Origin: Fimbriimonadales bacterium
GTDB taxonomy: Bacteria; Armatimonadota; Fimbriimonadia; Fimbriimonadales; ATM1
DNA: 64,000 bases
Assembly: GCA_041744215.1 (NCBI GenBank)
Contig: JBGTLG010000032.1
Coordinates: 32,001 to 96,000 of the forward strand
Reading direction: 5' to 3'
The translations under genes and the position numbers were made by a program. Position 1 is the first letter of the stretch. Each line of letters starts with the position of its first letter. Below the pieces are notes generated by a model. It saw only the letters and a list, made by a program, of their open reading frames with translations, searched no databases and was not told the origin of the DNA. This document shows, one piece after another, positions 55,861 to 64,000 of this stretch.

Positions 55861-56975
55861 GTCTGTTTCGCTTCGCGCTCCTGCCGCTTCTCCCATTGAT
55901 CTGTTCTTGCAGCGCTGAAGAGCAGCAGTTAGTTCTGACGGCAGAACCACATCCTCTCGCTAAGAATGTTCTGCTCGTTTACAACTCGCGCGATCCAGAC
56001 GCTATCGACATAGTGCGCACTTACCAGCAGGCACGAGGCGTCCCAAACACAAACGTTGTCGAAGTATCGGTGCCTGCAGAGGAAAACATCGGCTGGAAAG
56101 AGTATGAGACGACAATCCGCGACGTGATTCTAGACCGAATCGTCAACCAGAAGCTCAAGATCAACTTCATCGTGTTGACGAAAGGTGTGCCGCTCAGACT
56201 AAACAACAACGGCGGATACGGTCTTGATTCGATGCTGGCAGTTGACGCGCATCCGAGTCGTCAAGAAAAGCCGCTCGATCCTATGCCGATGAGCAACTTC
56301 ACGCAACAGGATTTTGAGCGCGTGCGCAATCCTTACTTCGGCAAAGACGAGCCATTCGACAGCGATAAGTACGGCTTCTACCTGGTCACGCGCCTCGACG
56401 GCTACACGAAATCAGATGTGCTGGCACTCATTTCCCGTGCGCTGCGCGCGAAGCCGGAGCAGGGAGAGTTCTTACTCGACGCCTCGCCCGAAAAAACCTC
56501 CGGCGGATTCGCAGTAGCCCACCAATCGCTCGTCAAGGCCCGAACGGCCCTGACGAAGAAAAGCTTCGAAGTCTCCTTCGACGAAACCGCGAGCTTCGTC
56601 GGCGGCAGGGTTGGCCTTATGGGCTACGCAAGCTGGGGCAGCAACGACTCCGCGTTCCGCGAGCACCTTTACCGGTCATTAGAGTTCAAGCCCGGAGCGC
56701 TGGCGGAAACCTTCGTTTCGACAAGCGCGCGGACTTTTCGCCCCACGACCGGCGGCCAAAGCCTGATCGCCGACCTAATCAAGCAAGGGGTGACGGGGGT
56801 CAAGGGCTACGCCAGCGAGCCATACACGATCGCGCTGGCTCACGTGGACATCCTCTTCGACCGGTACACGTCGGGCAGGAACCTGGCCGAGAGCTTCTAC
56901 GCCGCATCCCCGATGCTGAAATGGAAGGACGTTGTGATCGGAGACCCGCTTTGCTCTCCGTACGCAAACAAGTAA
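55857..56975 (+). CDS. TIGR03790 family protein (exosortase-associated)
   Basis: VLLVYN, LVTRLDG, PGALAETFVSTSAR, QSLIADLI, EPY, VIGDPL. Confidence 0.88.
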   Translation: MSLFRFALLPLLPLICSCSAEEQQLVLTAEPHPLAKNVLLVYNSRDPDAIDIVRTYQQARGVPNTNVVEVSVPAEENIGWKEYETTIRDVILDRIVNQKLKINFIVLTKGVPLRLNNNGGYGLDSMLAVDAHPSRQEKPLDPMPMSNFTQQDFERVRNPYFGKDEPFDSDKYGFYLVTRLDGYTKSDVLALISRALRAKPEQGEFLLDASPEKTSGGFAVAHQSLVKARTALTKKSFEVSFDETASFVGGRVGLMGYASWGSNDSAFREHLYRSLEFKPGALAETFVSTSARTFRPTTGGQSLIADLIKQGVTGVKGYASEPYTIALAHVDILFDRYTSGRNLAESFYAASPMLKWKDVVIGDPLCSPYANK

Positions 56976-57041
56976 AGACCGGCCATTCCCGCGCCGAGAA
57001 TCTAAGTTAGCCGACAACGGTCGGGAGGGAGACCCAGAATC

Positions 57042-58388
57042 ATGCCAGGTAGCTTTCTGAGGCTTGGGGAACTGCTTGTTGCTCGACAGGTTATCAGCAA
57101 CTTGCAGCTTTCTGTCGCCTTAGCCGCACAAAGATCCTCCAAAAGGCGGCTTGGGGAGATCCTCGTCGATAGGGGATATGCAACGGAGGAACAGATCGCA
57201 GCGTGTTTAGCCGCGCAGTACGGGTACGAGGTGGTTGATCCCGCTACTGTCCAGCCCGAGCAGGACGCCCTAAATCTGGTGGAGCCTGAACTCGCACTGA
57301 CCGCAGAATTGTTGCCCATCAAACGCGTCGGAGCAACGCTTGAGTGCCTAATCTCTGATCCCATTGACATTAGTTGGACCGATCGCATTGCCCGAGTCAC
57401 CGGGCTAAGACTCGTACTCTCGATCGCGCCACACTCAGCGCTGGTTTCAGCCATACGAACCTGGTATCGCCTCGATCCGGAAAAAACCATCGGAAGCGCG
57501 TCACGCGGCATCCCGCAATTGCCCGAGCGATACGGCTCTGTTCAAGCGCAGTTCTCAATCGACGGTGCAACACTCGTCAACGCTATCGACAAAGTCCTCG
57601 GCCGAGAGATCAGTTTATTGTTCGTGCCCGAGATACCTGGCTCCGGTGAACACCATGCAGAAATGATTCGGTGGTCAGCGAGGGCGAGCGGGCCAGGATT
57701 GGCCGCAGTCCACGATTGGTGGGAAGCCGACGGCGGTGGTTGGGCAGTCATCGAGCGACTTAGCGGCGAGACACTCGAAAACGTTTTGATTACGAGAGGT
57801 CAGCGAGTGCCATCCCAAGCCGCCGACATCATCTCCGAAATCGCCGAGGGCGCGGACACCCTCGCGGTTGCCGGTGGCAAATGTGGGCTGATCTGCCCAC
57901 AAAACACCGTCTTGCTTCACTCGAACCGCTGCGTGCTGGCGCCACTTTCCGCGCCGCCCCATTCATACAAAGCGCCAGAAATTCTTGCTGGCGATGAAGG
58001 CAGCAGCGCAAGCGACGTGTTTTCTCTGGGTGTGCTCCTATTTCATTCGGCAACCGGAACGAATCCGTTTGAGCATGAGACAGTCGCGGAAACGGAAGCT
58101 GCGATGAGAGAAGGACCATCATGGGATGTTTCGCCCCTTCCGTCCGCTATGGTCAACATCATCAGGCGATGCCTGAATCCTGACCCTCTCCACAGGTTCG
58201 TGTCGCCACTGCAGCTAAGCCTCGCACTCAAGTCATGCGATTGGCCGAGCACGATGCACGTTCAGGCGCGACCGACAAGCGTGACCGCGGCAGACCGAGA
58301 AGCTCTGCTCGATGCGGTAACGAGCGGATACCAGTCGCCTGAAAAGCCAACGTTCTGGAACAGGCTGTTTGGCCGAAGAGCGGCGTAA
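57042..58388 (+). CDS. MshEN (T2SSE_N) domain fused to a Ser/Thr pseudokinase domain
   Basis: Tandem RLG...Q motifs separated by 5 aa; kinase fold remnants (YKAPE, SDVFSLG, PF, RCL..DP..RF) without VAIK, HRD or DFG. Confidence 0.85.
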   Translation: MPGSFLRLGELLVARQVISNLQLSVALAAQRSSKRRLGEILVDRGYATEEQIAACLAAQYGYEVVDPATVQPEQDALNLVEPELALTAELLPIKRVGATLECLISDPIDISWTDRIARVTGLRLVLSIAPHSALVSAIRTWYRLDPEKTIGSASRGIPQLPERYGSVQAQFSIDGATLVNAIDKVLGREISLLFVPEIPGSGEHHAEMIRWSARASGPGLAAVHDWWEADGGGWAVIERLSGETLENVLITRGQRVPSQAADIISEIAEGADTLAVAGGKCGLICPQNTVLLHSNRCVLAPLSAPPHSYKAPEILAGDEGSSASDVFSLGVLLFHSATGTNPFEHETVAETEAAMREGPSWDVSPLPSAMVNIIRRCLNPDPLHRFVSPLQLSLALKSCDWPSTMHVQARPTSVTAADREALLDAVTSGYQSPEKPTFWNRLFGRRAA

Positions 58389-58400
58389 GGAGCGAAAGGG

Positions 58401-59210
58401 ATGAGAACTATTTCAGTTACCAGCGGAAAAGGCGGAGTCGGAAAGTCCAACCTGTCTTCAAACATCGGCATCGCATTAGCAGAGAGAGGCAAACGCGTCG
58501 TGGTTTTCGATGCTGATCTTGGACTCGCAAATGTAGACGTCATTCTCGGAGCCCGCGCGCCATACACGCTGCAGCACGTGATCTCCGGTGAAAAATCGCT
58601 CGCGGAAGTTGTTACCAGCGGCCCGGGTGGAATCGGATTCGTTGCAGGAGGTTCTGGCGTCGAGTCTCTCATCAATCTCTCCGGTCCGCAGCTCGAGCGA
58701 TTTCTTATGGAGATCGAAGGGCTATCCACGGACACAGATGTTTTGATCTTTGATACCGGAGCAGGCGTCGACGAATCTGTCATGTCATTCTGCGAAGCGG
58801 CCGACGAAACCATCGTCGTTGCTACGCCCGATCCTGCCAGCATTGCGGACGCATACGCGACCATCAAAACGCTGTACGCAAGAAAGCCAAACGCGAAGAT
58901 TCACGTTGTGCTGAACATGGCGCCTTCATTCCACATCGGGGAATTGACATTTGATCGACTCAATACGGTCGCCCAGCAGTTCCTCAAGCGGCCGCTCAGC
59001 TTTCTTGGAAGTGTGCGACAGGACCCCACTGTTGTGGATTGCGTTAGACGCCGAAAGCCGTTCGTTGTCGAAGCTCCCAACTGCGCCGCTTCCGAGGACG
59101 TGAGGGCAATCACACTGCGACTGCTTGGGCACGTTGTCGAGAAACCGAAGGAAGGATTGGGCGTGCGCCTGCGAAGCGTGTTCGGTCTCGGCCTCAAACG
59201 ATCAGCTTAG
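58401..59210 (+). CDS. flhG: FlhG/FleN-type MinD/ParA ATPase
   Basis: SGKGGVGKS, DADLGLANVD, DTGAG, SIADAYATIK; C-terminal amphipathic helix. Confidence 0.85.
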   Translation: MRTISVTSGKGGVGKSNLSSNIGIALAERGKRVVVFDADLGLANVDVILGARAPYTLQHVISGEKSLAEVVTSGPGGIGFVAGGSGVESLINLSGPQLERFLMEIEGLSTDTDVLIFDTGAGVDESVMSFCEAADETIVVATPDPASIADAYATIKTLYARKPNAKIHVVLNMAPSFHIGELTFDRLNTVAQQFLKRPLSFLGSVRQDPTVVDCVRRRKPFVVEAPNCAASEDVRAITLRLLGHVVEKPKEGLGVRLRSVFGLGLKRSA

Positions 59211-60328
59211 AGTGGGACCCGTTCATTCTTCCGCTTACGACAACGACACCTGAGTCCGATTAGCGCGATAGCTACAGCGCTCAGTGTCCCTGGTTCTGGC
59301 ACGACCCACATGACAGCTCTCGCGCCGCCATTCGGGCCAAGCTCCCTCGCATATCCGATGATGTTCCCCATTTCGTCAATCCCAAGTGCCACGGAGCGCT
59401 CGCCCTGGCCGTGAAACTGAGGAGGGAGGAATCGGTGCAAGTTAACGAAGGACTCCACTGTTCCCGACCACACGCCGGCGTGGTTTCCGACTCCGAAAAC
59501 CGAGATTTGTCCGACCTGCTGAATTCCATTCGTTCCAAACAACTGTGAGCCCCCCGTTGGGAAAGGATGGAGGTCAATATAACTTTGCGGCGATCCAAAC
59601 CAAATCGCGGCGTGGCTGATGTTATCCACGCCTGCATACCCAACCTGTTGGCCGTTTGCTACAGCGTATGCCCAACTTGCGTTGGAGCCCTGCGGATTGA
59701 GGTCAATGAAACTCTCCGGTGTGCCCTCCCAGAGTGCGGCGTGAAACGGCCCGCCGAAGCTGACGCCGCCCACTTGTTGCACGCCGTCGGTCGCGGTCGC
59801 ATCGCTCAGACCCTGTGCGGGGACGGGGTGAAGATTCACAACGCTGCTCGCCGAACCCCTCCACAGCAGCGCGACAGATGGCCCCTGATCAGTGAATGTC
59901 CCGACGCCAACCTGGATGTCTCCTCCGATGCCATGGCCAACAGAGTGAAAGAACCCCGCAGGATGAAGATCCACGTAGTTCTCGGCAGCGCCGAACCACA
60001 TCACGGCCCGCGACCGGTAAGGGTTTTCTCGCTCGACGTATCCGATTTGCCTTCCGGCGTTGGCGCCCATAGCGTAAGAATTGTGAAATCCCGCCGGGTG
60101 CAGGTCGATGAGACTTTCAGCTGAACCCGACCACAGGAGCGCATGACTCGGCCCCGTCAGACCGATGTTGGAATGTCCAACCTGTTGCCCCCCCCCGATT
60201 CCCCAACCGTATGAAACGGAAAATGGCACACCGGGGCCGTGAAGTACGACGGCATTGTATCCGATGGCGTATGCGTGAAGCGCCAGCAGAGCGAGTGTGA
60301 CAGCAGTCTTCCGTCGTGACTGAATCAT
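59207..60328 (-). CDS. PEP-CTERM sorting domain protein with HAxLW.G...DLHP repeats
   Basis: SD AAGGAG; about 6 repeats QQVG...HAxxWxG...xDLHP; C-terminal VPEPGTL + hydrophobic + RCRKRK. Confidence 0.9.
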   Translation of the reverse strand: MIQSRRKTAVTLALLALHAYAIGYNAVVLHGPGVPFSVSYGWGIGGGQQVGHSNIGLTGPSHALLWSGSAESLIDLHPAGFHNSYAMGANAGRQIGYVERENPYRSRAVMWFGAAENYVDLHPAGFFHSVGHGIGGDIQVGVGTFTDQGPSVALLWRGSASSVVNLHPVPAQGLSDATATDGVQQVGGVSFGGPFHAALWEGTPESFIDLNPQGSNASWAYAVANGQQVGYAGVDNISHAAIWFGSPQSYIDLHPFPTGGSQLFGTNGIQQVGQISVFGVGNHAGVWSGTVESFVNLHRFLPPQFHGQGERSVALGIDEMGNIIGYARELGPNGGARAVMWVVPEPGTLSAVAIALIGLRCRCRKRKNERVPL

Positions 60329-60362
60329 CTGCGTTCTCCTTTCGAATATACGGCAAAGCGGC

Positions 60363-60392
60363 TTCCCCGGGCAAGTTTTCTTGCCCGGGGAA
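60363..60392 (-). terminator. Hairpin after the galactose oxidase-like gene
   Basis: TTCCCCGGGCAAG-TTTT-CTTGCCCGGGGAA perfect stem; U-tract weak. Confidence 0.55.
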
Positions 60393-60405
60393 CTGCCAGG
60401 TTTGG

Positions 60406-61950
60406 TCATTGGATTCTCATGTACCTCGCCATCGAGACCCGTCCGGCCACGATGAAGAGCATGTAGTCGCCGGGAGGGGCGACTCCCGCGTTCTTCGGCG
60501 TGTACACCTCGATCGTGTCGTCGGTGCGATTCAGAATGGTCATTCGGATGAATCTCTGATTCATGTCGAGTCCGTGGGTCGTCGCTCCCAATCGGACCAA
60601 CGTGACCTGGTCCACGATTTGGGCTGCCTTCGTTTGGACAATCAGTGTGCTGTCGTACTCCATCGTCAAAGTCGGGGTGGTTCCGTCAATGTGCAGGGGC
60701 TCAGAGCCCAAAAACATAAAGTAGTACGGCATCAAGAGCTGTGCGCTATCTTGGCCTTCTCCACCCCCAGTTAGGACGGCGGCGGTCGGCAGAAGGAGCG
60801 CCTTGGAGTGATACACCCGTGGCCGCGCCATCTCGACGGTCTCTCCAAACCAAGTGTCGGTTTCGACGTCATAGAACTCGGCAGTCATGACGGGTTCGTT
60901 TTCCCACCATGTGCTCCCGGGCCCGTTGACGCCAGCGCCGCCGAGGGCGGCGATCCTTCCGTCGGGAAGGGCGACCAGGTTACACTCCGCGCGAGCGCGC
61001 ATCATGTCGGCGGTGGCGGTCCATTGCGCTTGTTCTCCATCGTTCAGGTTGATCTTCGCGCCCTTCTTGGTTGCGACCATCGTGTTGTCGGGATCTGGGC
61101 CTCCAAACTTGAACACGTAGCCCGCATGGAGTGGATGCGTCTGAGGAATCCACATCACCGCGCCGCTGCCGTACAGGGGATGTGCGTTCCCAAATGGAGA
61201 CCACTCGGCGGCGGACCCGGACGGTGGAACCTTCAGCGCATGTGTTTGCCAGGCAGCTTGCCCGGATATCCTCAGTCTCTTCCCCGCATAGAACACCTTC
61301 TCCGTGTTCGGGTCTTGCGGATCGCAGAATGTGAACATGAACGGATACAGCGGAAGCTGTAACAGCGGCGTGGGTTGCAACAGAGTCCATGCATTCGGCT
61401 GCCAGACTTCCGGCTCATCAACCTCTTCGCCCTGTATCTCCCTACGGTGCCCGCCAGTTGACAGCATCCGCCCATCGCGCAGTAGTGTTGGGGTTGGATA
61501 CCAGCGGGGCTCGTGCATGTCGGCTTGTCTTGACCAAGACAGACTCGAATAGTCGAACCGATACACGTCCTTGATTCCCATGTGATGTTCTGTGGGGTGC
61601 CAAGCGTCGCCGCCGATCACGAGCGCGCTACCGTCGGATAGGAGCGCATGACCGCTGCAGAATAGCGCCGCGTTCACTCGGAACTGTCCCTCCTGGGACT
61701 CCGTATGAAACTGTCCGGTGAAGGCGTTATATACGTGCGCTTGGGTGAAGGGGTCACCACGGGTTCCCCCTGGCACGCCGAAGATCAGGATGTTCCCTCC
61801 GCGCAGGTGGATCATGTGGATCGCCTGCACGTTCGGCCACGTGCCCGAACCTTCGTCGAGTAGGGGGCCCCAGTACGAGAGCCCCTGCGCCGCAAGCGGC
61901 GAGACGAGAAGCAGCCCGCCCACGGCGGCTGCACCGATTTTCATTTTCAT
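60406..61950 (-). CDS. Secreted galactose/glyoxal oxidase-like copper radical oxidase (AA5-like, C-terminal DUF1929)
   Basis: LFCSGH, RWYPT, RVYHS, TTHG, APPGDYMLF; SD GGAGG; signal peptide. Confidence 0.9.
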   Translation of the reverse strand: MKMKIGAAAVGGLLLVSPLAAQGLSYWGPLLDEGSGTWPNVQAIHMIHLRGGNILIFGVPGGTRGDPFTQAHVYNAFTGQFHTESQEGQFRVNAALFCSGHALLSDGSALVIGGDAWHPTEHHMGIKDVYRFDYSSLSWSRQADMHEPRWYPTPTLLRDGRMLSTGGHRREIQGEEVDEPEVWQPNAWTLLQPTPLLQLPLYPFMFTFCDPQDPNTEKVFYAGKRLRISGQAAWQTHALKVPPSGSAAEWSPFGNAHPLYGSGAVMWIPQTHPLHAGYVFKFGGPDPDNTMVATKKGAKINLNDGEQAQWTATADMMRARAECNLVALPDGRIAALGGAGVNGPGSTWWENEPVMTAEFYDVETDTWFGETVEMARPRVYHSKALLLPTAAVLTGGGEGQDSAQLLMPYYFMFLGSEPLHIDGTTPTLTMEYDSTLIVQTKAAQIVDQVTLVRLGATTHGLDMNQRFIRMTILNRTDDTIEVYTPKNAGVAPPGDYMLFIVAGRVSMARYMRIQ

Positions 61951-62130
61951 GTCTTTCCTCCAAGTTCTTTGCTTCGCGCGATCAGGTCCTCCTTTGTTCG
62001 GCCGAGCCCCAAAAGACCCAGTGGTCTTAAGAACGGAATGCGTAAGTCCTGCGTTCCCGAATCGACGCGAATCGTAAGGCTGCTTCCGCGCCGCTCCACA
62101 ACCAAGTTGTGCGGCTCCACATTGCGTACC

Positions 62131-62757
62131 TCAACTTAAATATCGGTCACTCGCACGCTCTTCCAGTTTCCGTTGAAACTCCGAGACGTGCCTGCGCGCG
62201 ACATCGAGAAACTTCTCGTAATCCACTTGCGCGGCTTCATACTCCGATCGCAACGCATCCAATCGCCGCCGCATCTCTTCGAGTGTAATCGCTGCGCGAG
62301 ACTCCGCATCTGACTGAATCCGCTCTGCATTCGCTCGGGCCTCTCCGAGCATCCGATCCGACGTCTCCTGTGCCGCGCGAAGGATTGGGTCTGCCGAATG
62401 CTTCTCTTGATCGAGCTGTTCAAGGCGTGCGGTCTTCTCGCGCGATTCCGTCTCCGCTCGTGCAACCCTCTCGCTCAGCAATCCTATCTCCGCGAGCAGG
62501 TTGTCCCGCTCGGCTTGAATCTTGTCGAGCTCGCCAACCCGGGCCTCGGTCTTAGTGAGGCTCTCTTCCATCGCGGCCGCGGTGGCGGCTAAATCGTCTC
62601 GCTCCGCACGCACCTGACGCAGATCCTCTTGCAGCTGCGCGACTTCCTTGGCCACCTGGTTGAGAAAGGCATCAACCTCCTCGCGAGTGTATCCGCGAAA
62701 GGACGTGTTGAAGAGCGGCCGCTTGGCCGCCCCGGAATCGCCGATGTTGTTTGCCAT
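62131..62757 (-). CDS. DivIVA domain coiled-coil protein
   Basis: FNTSFRGYTREEVDAFL followed by a long coiled coil (AQETSDRMLGEARANAERI). Confidence 0.88.
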   Translation of the reverse strand: MANNIGDSGAAKRPLFNTSFRGYTREEVDAFLNQVAKEVAQLQEDLRQVRAERDDLAATAAAMEESLTKTEARVGELDKIQAERDNLLAEIGLLSERVARAETESREKTARLEQLDQEKHSADPILRAAQETSDRMLGEARANAERIQSDAESRAAITLEEMRRRLDALRSEYEAAQVDYEKFLDVARRHVSEFQRKLEERASDRYLS

Positions 62758-62817
62758 TTCGGTTCCCCTTTGCGGGGTTTCTATGGCGATGGGAGCAGGA
62801 TTCGTGCCAATCGAGGA

Positions 62818-63525
62818 TTAGTTCTCTGGTACCAGGATCGGGACCGACCGGATTCGCTTTTCGAGCATCCTCGCGATCTTCTCTACAAACTTGGCGTCGA
62901 TTCCCTCCGAGCCCATCAAGAAGACTCTTACGTCACACCTCCCAAGTACGAAACGCAATGTGACTCTTGTGGGCTCCGCATTAAACCAGTGGATTGCGCC
63001 GATCGTTTCTCCTGAGGGAAGAGGAGTTCCCGGCACGATCCGGCCCGCGGCCATGCTGCGTCTGCGCTTTGCATCGGATAGCGCGGATTCGTGATCAGGA
63101 CGAATTTGAATCCCAAAGTTGAGTTCGCGAACCGGAATCATGCGTTCTTCTCCAGACTCACTGTCCGAAGAAACAGTCCTGACTTCGTTCGACCGGAACG
63201 ATTGCCCGAGAAGGGTGACGCGATTTCCAATTGTAACACCAGTATGGGCTCCCGGGATGGCATCACCCAAGCTTTCAGCAGCTCTTCCAATGTAAGTCAC
63301 GTAGCCTTCCAGTTCCTCAACGGGAACTAACAGCTTCAGCACGATCTGTCGAGTTATGTCGGTCTCCTTCGGCTCAATGACTTCGGAGTATCGTACTCCA
63401 TACCAAGGGGACTTCGTTTCCAAAAACTTCACACCGTCAGACACGCGCTCAACGAGCGCATTGCGCGGCGGAAGCGCGACTTGCGCCGATTGTCCCATAA
63501 TCGCAATGAGTGAAATTATTAGCAT
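62818..63525 (-). CDS. Hypothetical exported protein
   Basis: SD AGGAGA; short hydrophobic N-terminus; 235 aa. Confidence 0.7.
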   Translation of the reverse strand: MLIISLIAIMGQSAQVALPPRNALVERVSDGVKFLETKSPWYGVRYSEVIEPKETDITRQIVLKLLVPVEELEGYVTYIGRAAESLGDAIPGAHTGVTIGNRVTLLGQSFRSNEVRTVSSDSESGEERMIPVRELNFGIQIRPDHESALSDAKRRRSMAAGRIVPGTPLPSGETIGAIHWFNAEPTRVTLRFVLGRCDVRVFLMGSEGIDAKFVEKIARMLEKRIRSVPILVPEN

Positions 63526-63538
63526 GATCTTGATTCTC

Positions 63539-64000
63539 CTACATGTACTCCGAGATTTCGCTGGCTTTCAATATCATGGTTAGACCTCCGGTCGGGTGTG
63601 GGCTCCACGGATCACCCGACCCAGGCCAAACAGCTTGCCAAACTTCTTCTTCAAGATACTTCTCAAAGAAGTAGACGAGTCGAGACTTGTACGTTCCGGT
63701 CACACTCCAATCGATGGCAATTCCCGGAGACTCGCCAAAGTGCATTGAACCGTCCCAAACATTCCCGGCATAAACTGCAAATTGATGATAGTTGAAATCT
63801 TCATTCGCATGACCCTCGGTTTCATCATCCCAAGGTGCTCTGAAAACCGGCTTTGTCACGATTCTCCATCTGGGCCATCCGGAAGAGTGCGGTTGATACA
63901 TTGCTTGCGCAAGCGAATACGTTCTTTGGGCTTTCATCGGATACCCGCCGACAGAAGTGTTCAAGCAAACAAGAAAGTCAGCGAAGTCGTTGCATTGGCC
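63539..64000 (-). CDS. C-terminal part of a protein with a putative transglutaminase-like Cys-His-Asp domain; starts beyond the right edge
   Basis: Frame is open to 64000: GQCNDFADFLVCLNTSVG...FNYHQFAVYAGNVWDGS. Confidence 0.6.
   Translation of the reverse strand, partial: GQCNDFADFLVCLNTSVGGYPMKAQRTYSLAQAMYQPHSSGWPRWRIVTKPVFRAPWDDETEGHANEDFNYHQFAVYAGNVWDGSMHFGESPGIAIDWSVTGTYKSRLVYFFEKYLEEEVWQAVWPGSGDPWSPHPTGGLTMILKASEISEYM

Noticed and set aside
59207-60328. Repeated DNA units suggestive of a CRISPR or tandem array
   Set aside because: The repeats are degenerate in-frame protein repeats, not identical repeats with spacers.
62078-62090. GGAAGCAGCC on the minus strand, resembling the SRP RNA core
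   Set aside because: The upstream CAGG, GNRA tetraloop and enclosing stem are absent.

Overview
Gene-dense bacterial chromosomal window with about 58 CDSs. No rRNA, tRNA, CRISPR array or mobile element is recognisable. The gene mix suggests a diderm Terrabacterium, probably Armatimonadota (Fimbriimonadia-like); this is an inference from SLH/CsaB/DUF5693, PEP-CTERM/TIGR03790, an LptA-like protein, an outer-membrane barrel, DivIVA and Ser/Thr kinases. Housekeeping genes include prfB (with its programmed +1 frameshift), murA, mreB, tyrS, fbaB and plsC. Many secreted proteases and oxidases are present. Most notable: (1) an MshEN (c-di-GMP receptor)-pseudokinase fusion directly upstream of an FlhG/FleN-type ATPase; (2) a ~150-aa C-terminal domain shared by two unrelated secreted proteins, a candidate sorting/anchoring signal, together with an envelope gene cluster encoding an SprA-reminiscent barrel; (3) strong enrichment of Gln right after predicted signal-peptide cleavage sites, plus a glutaminyl-cyclase-like M28 gene (Bacteroidetes-like Q-rule); (4) recurrent -10 boxes 6-9 nt before start codons, suggesting leaderless mRNAs; (5) an unannotated 41-aa lipoprotein, a non-canonical PII protein and possible non-canonical start codons. 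All family assignments are by eye from motifs; no searches were run.
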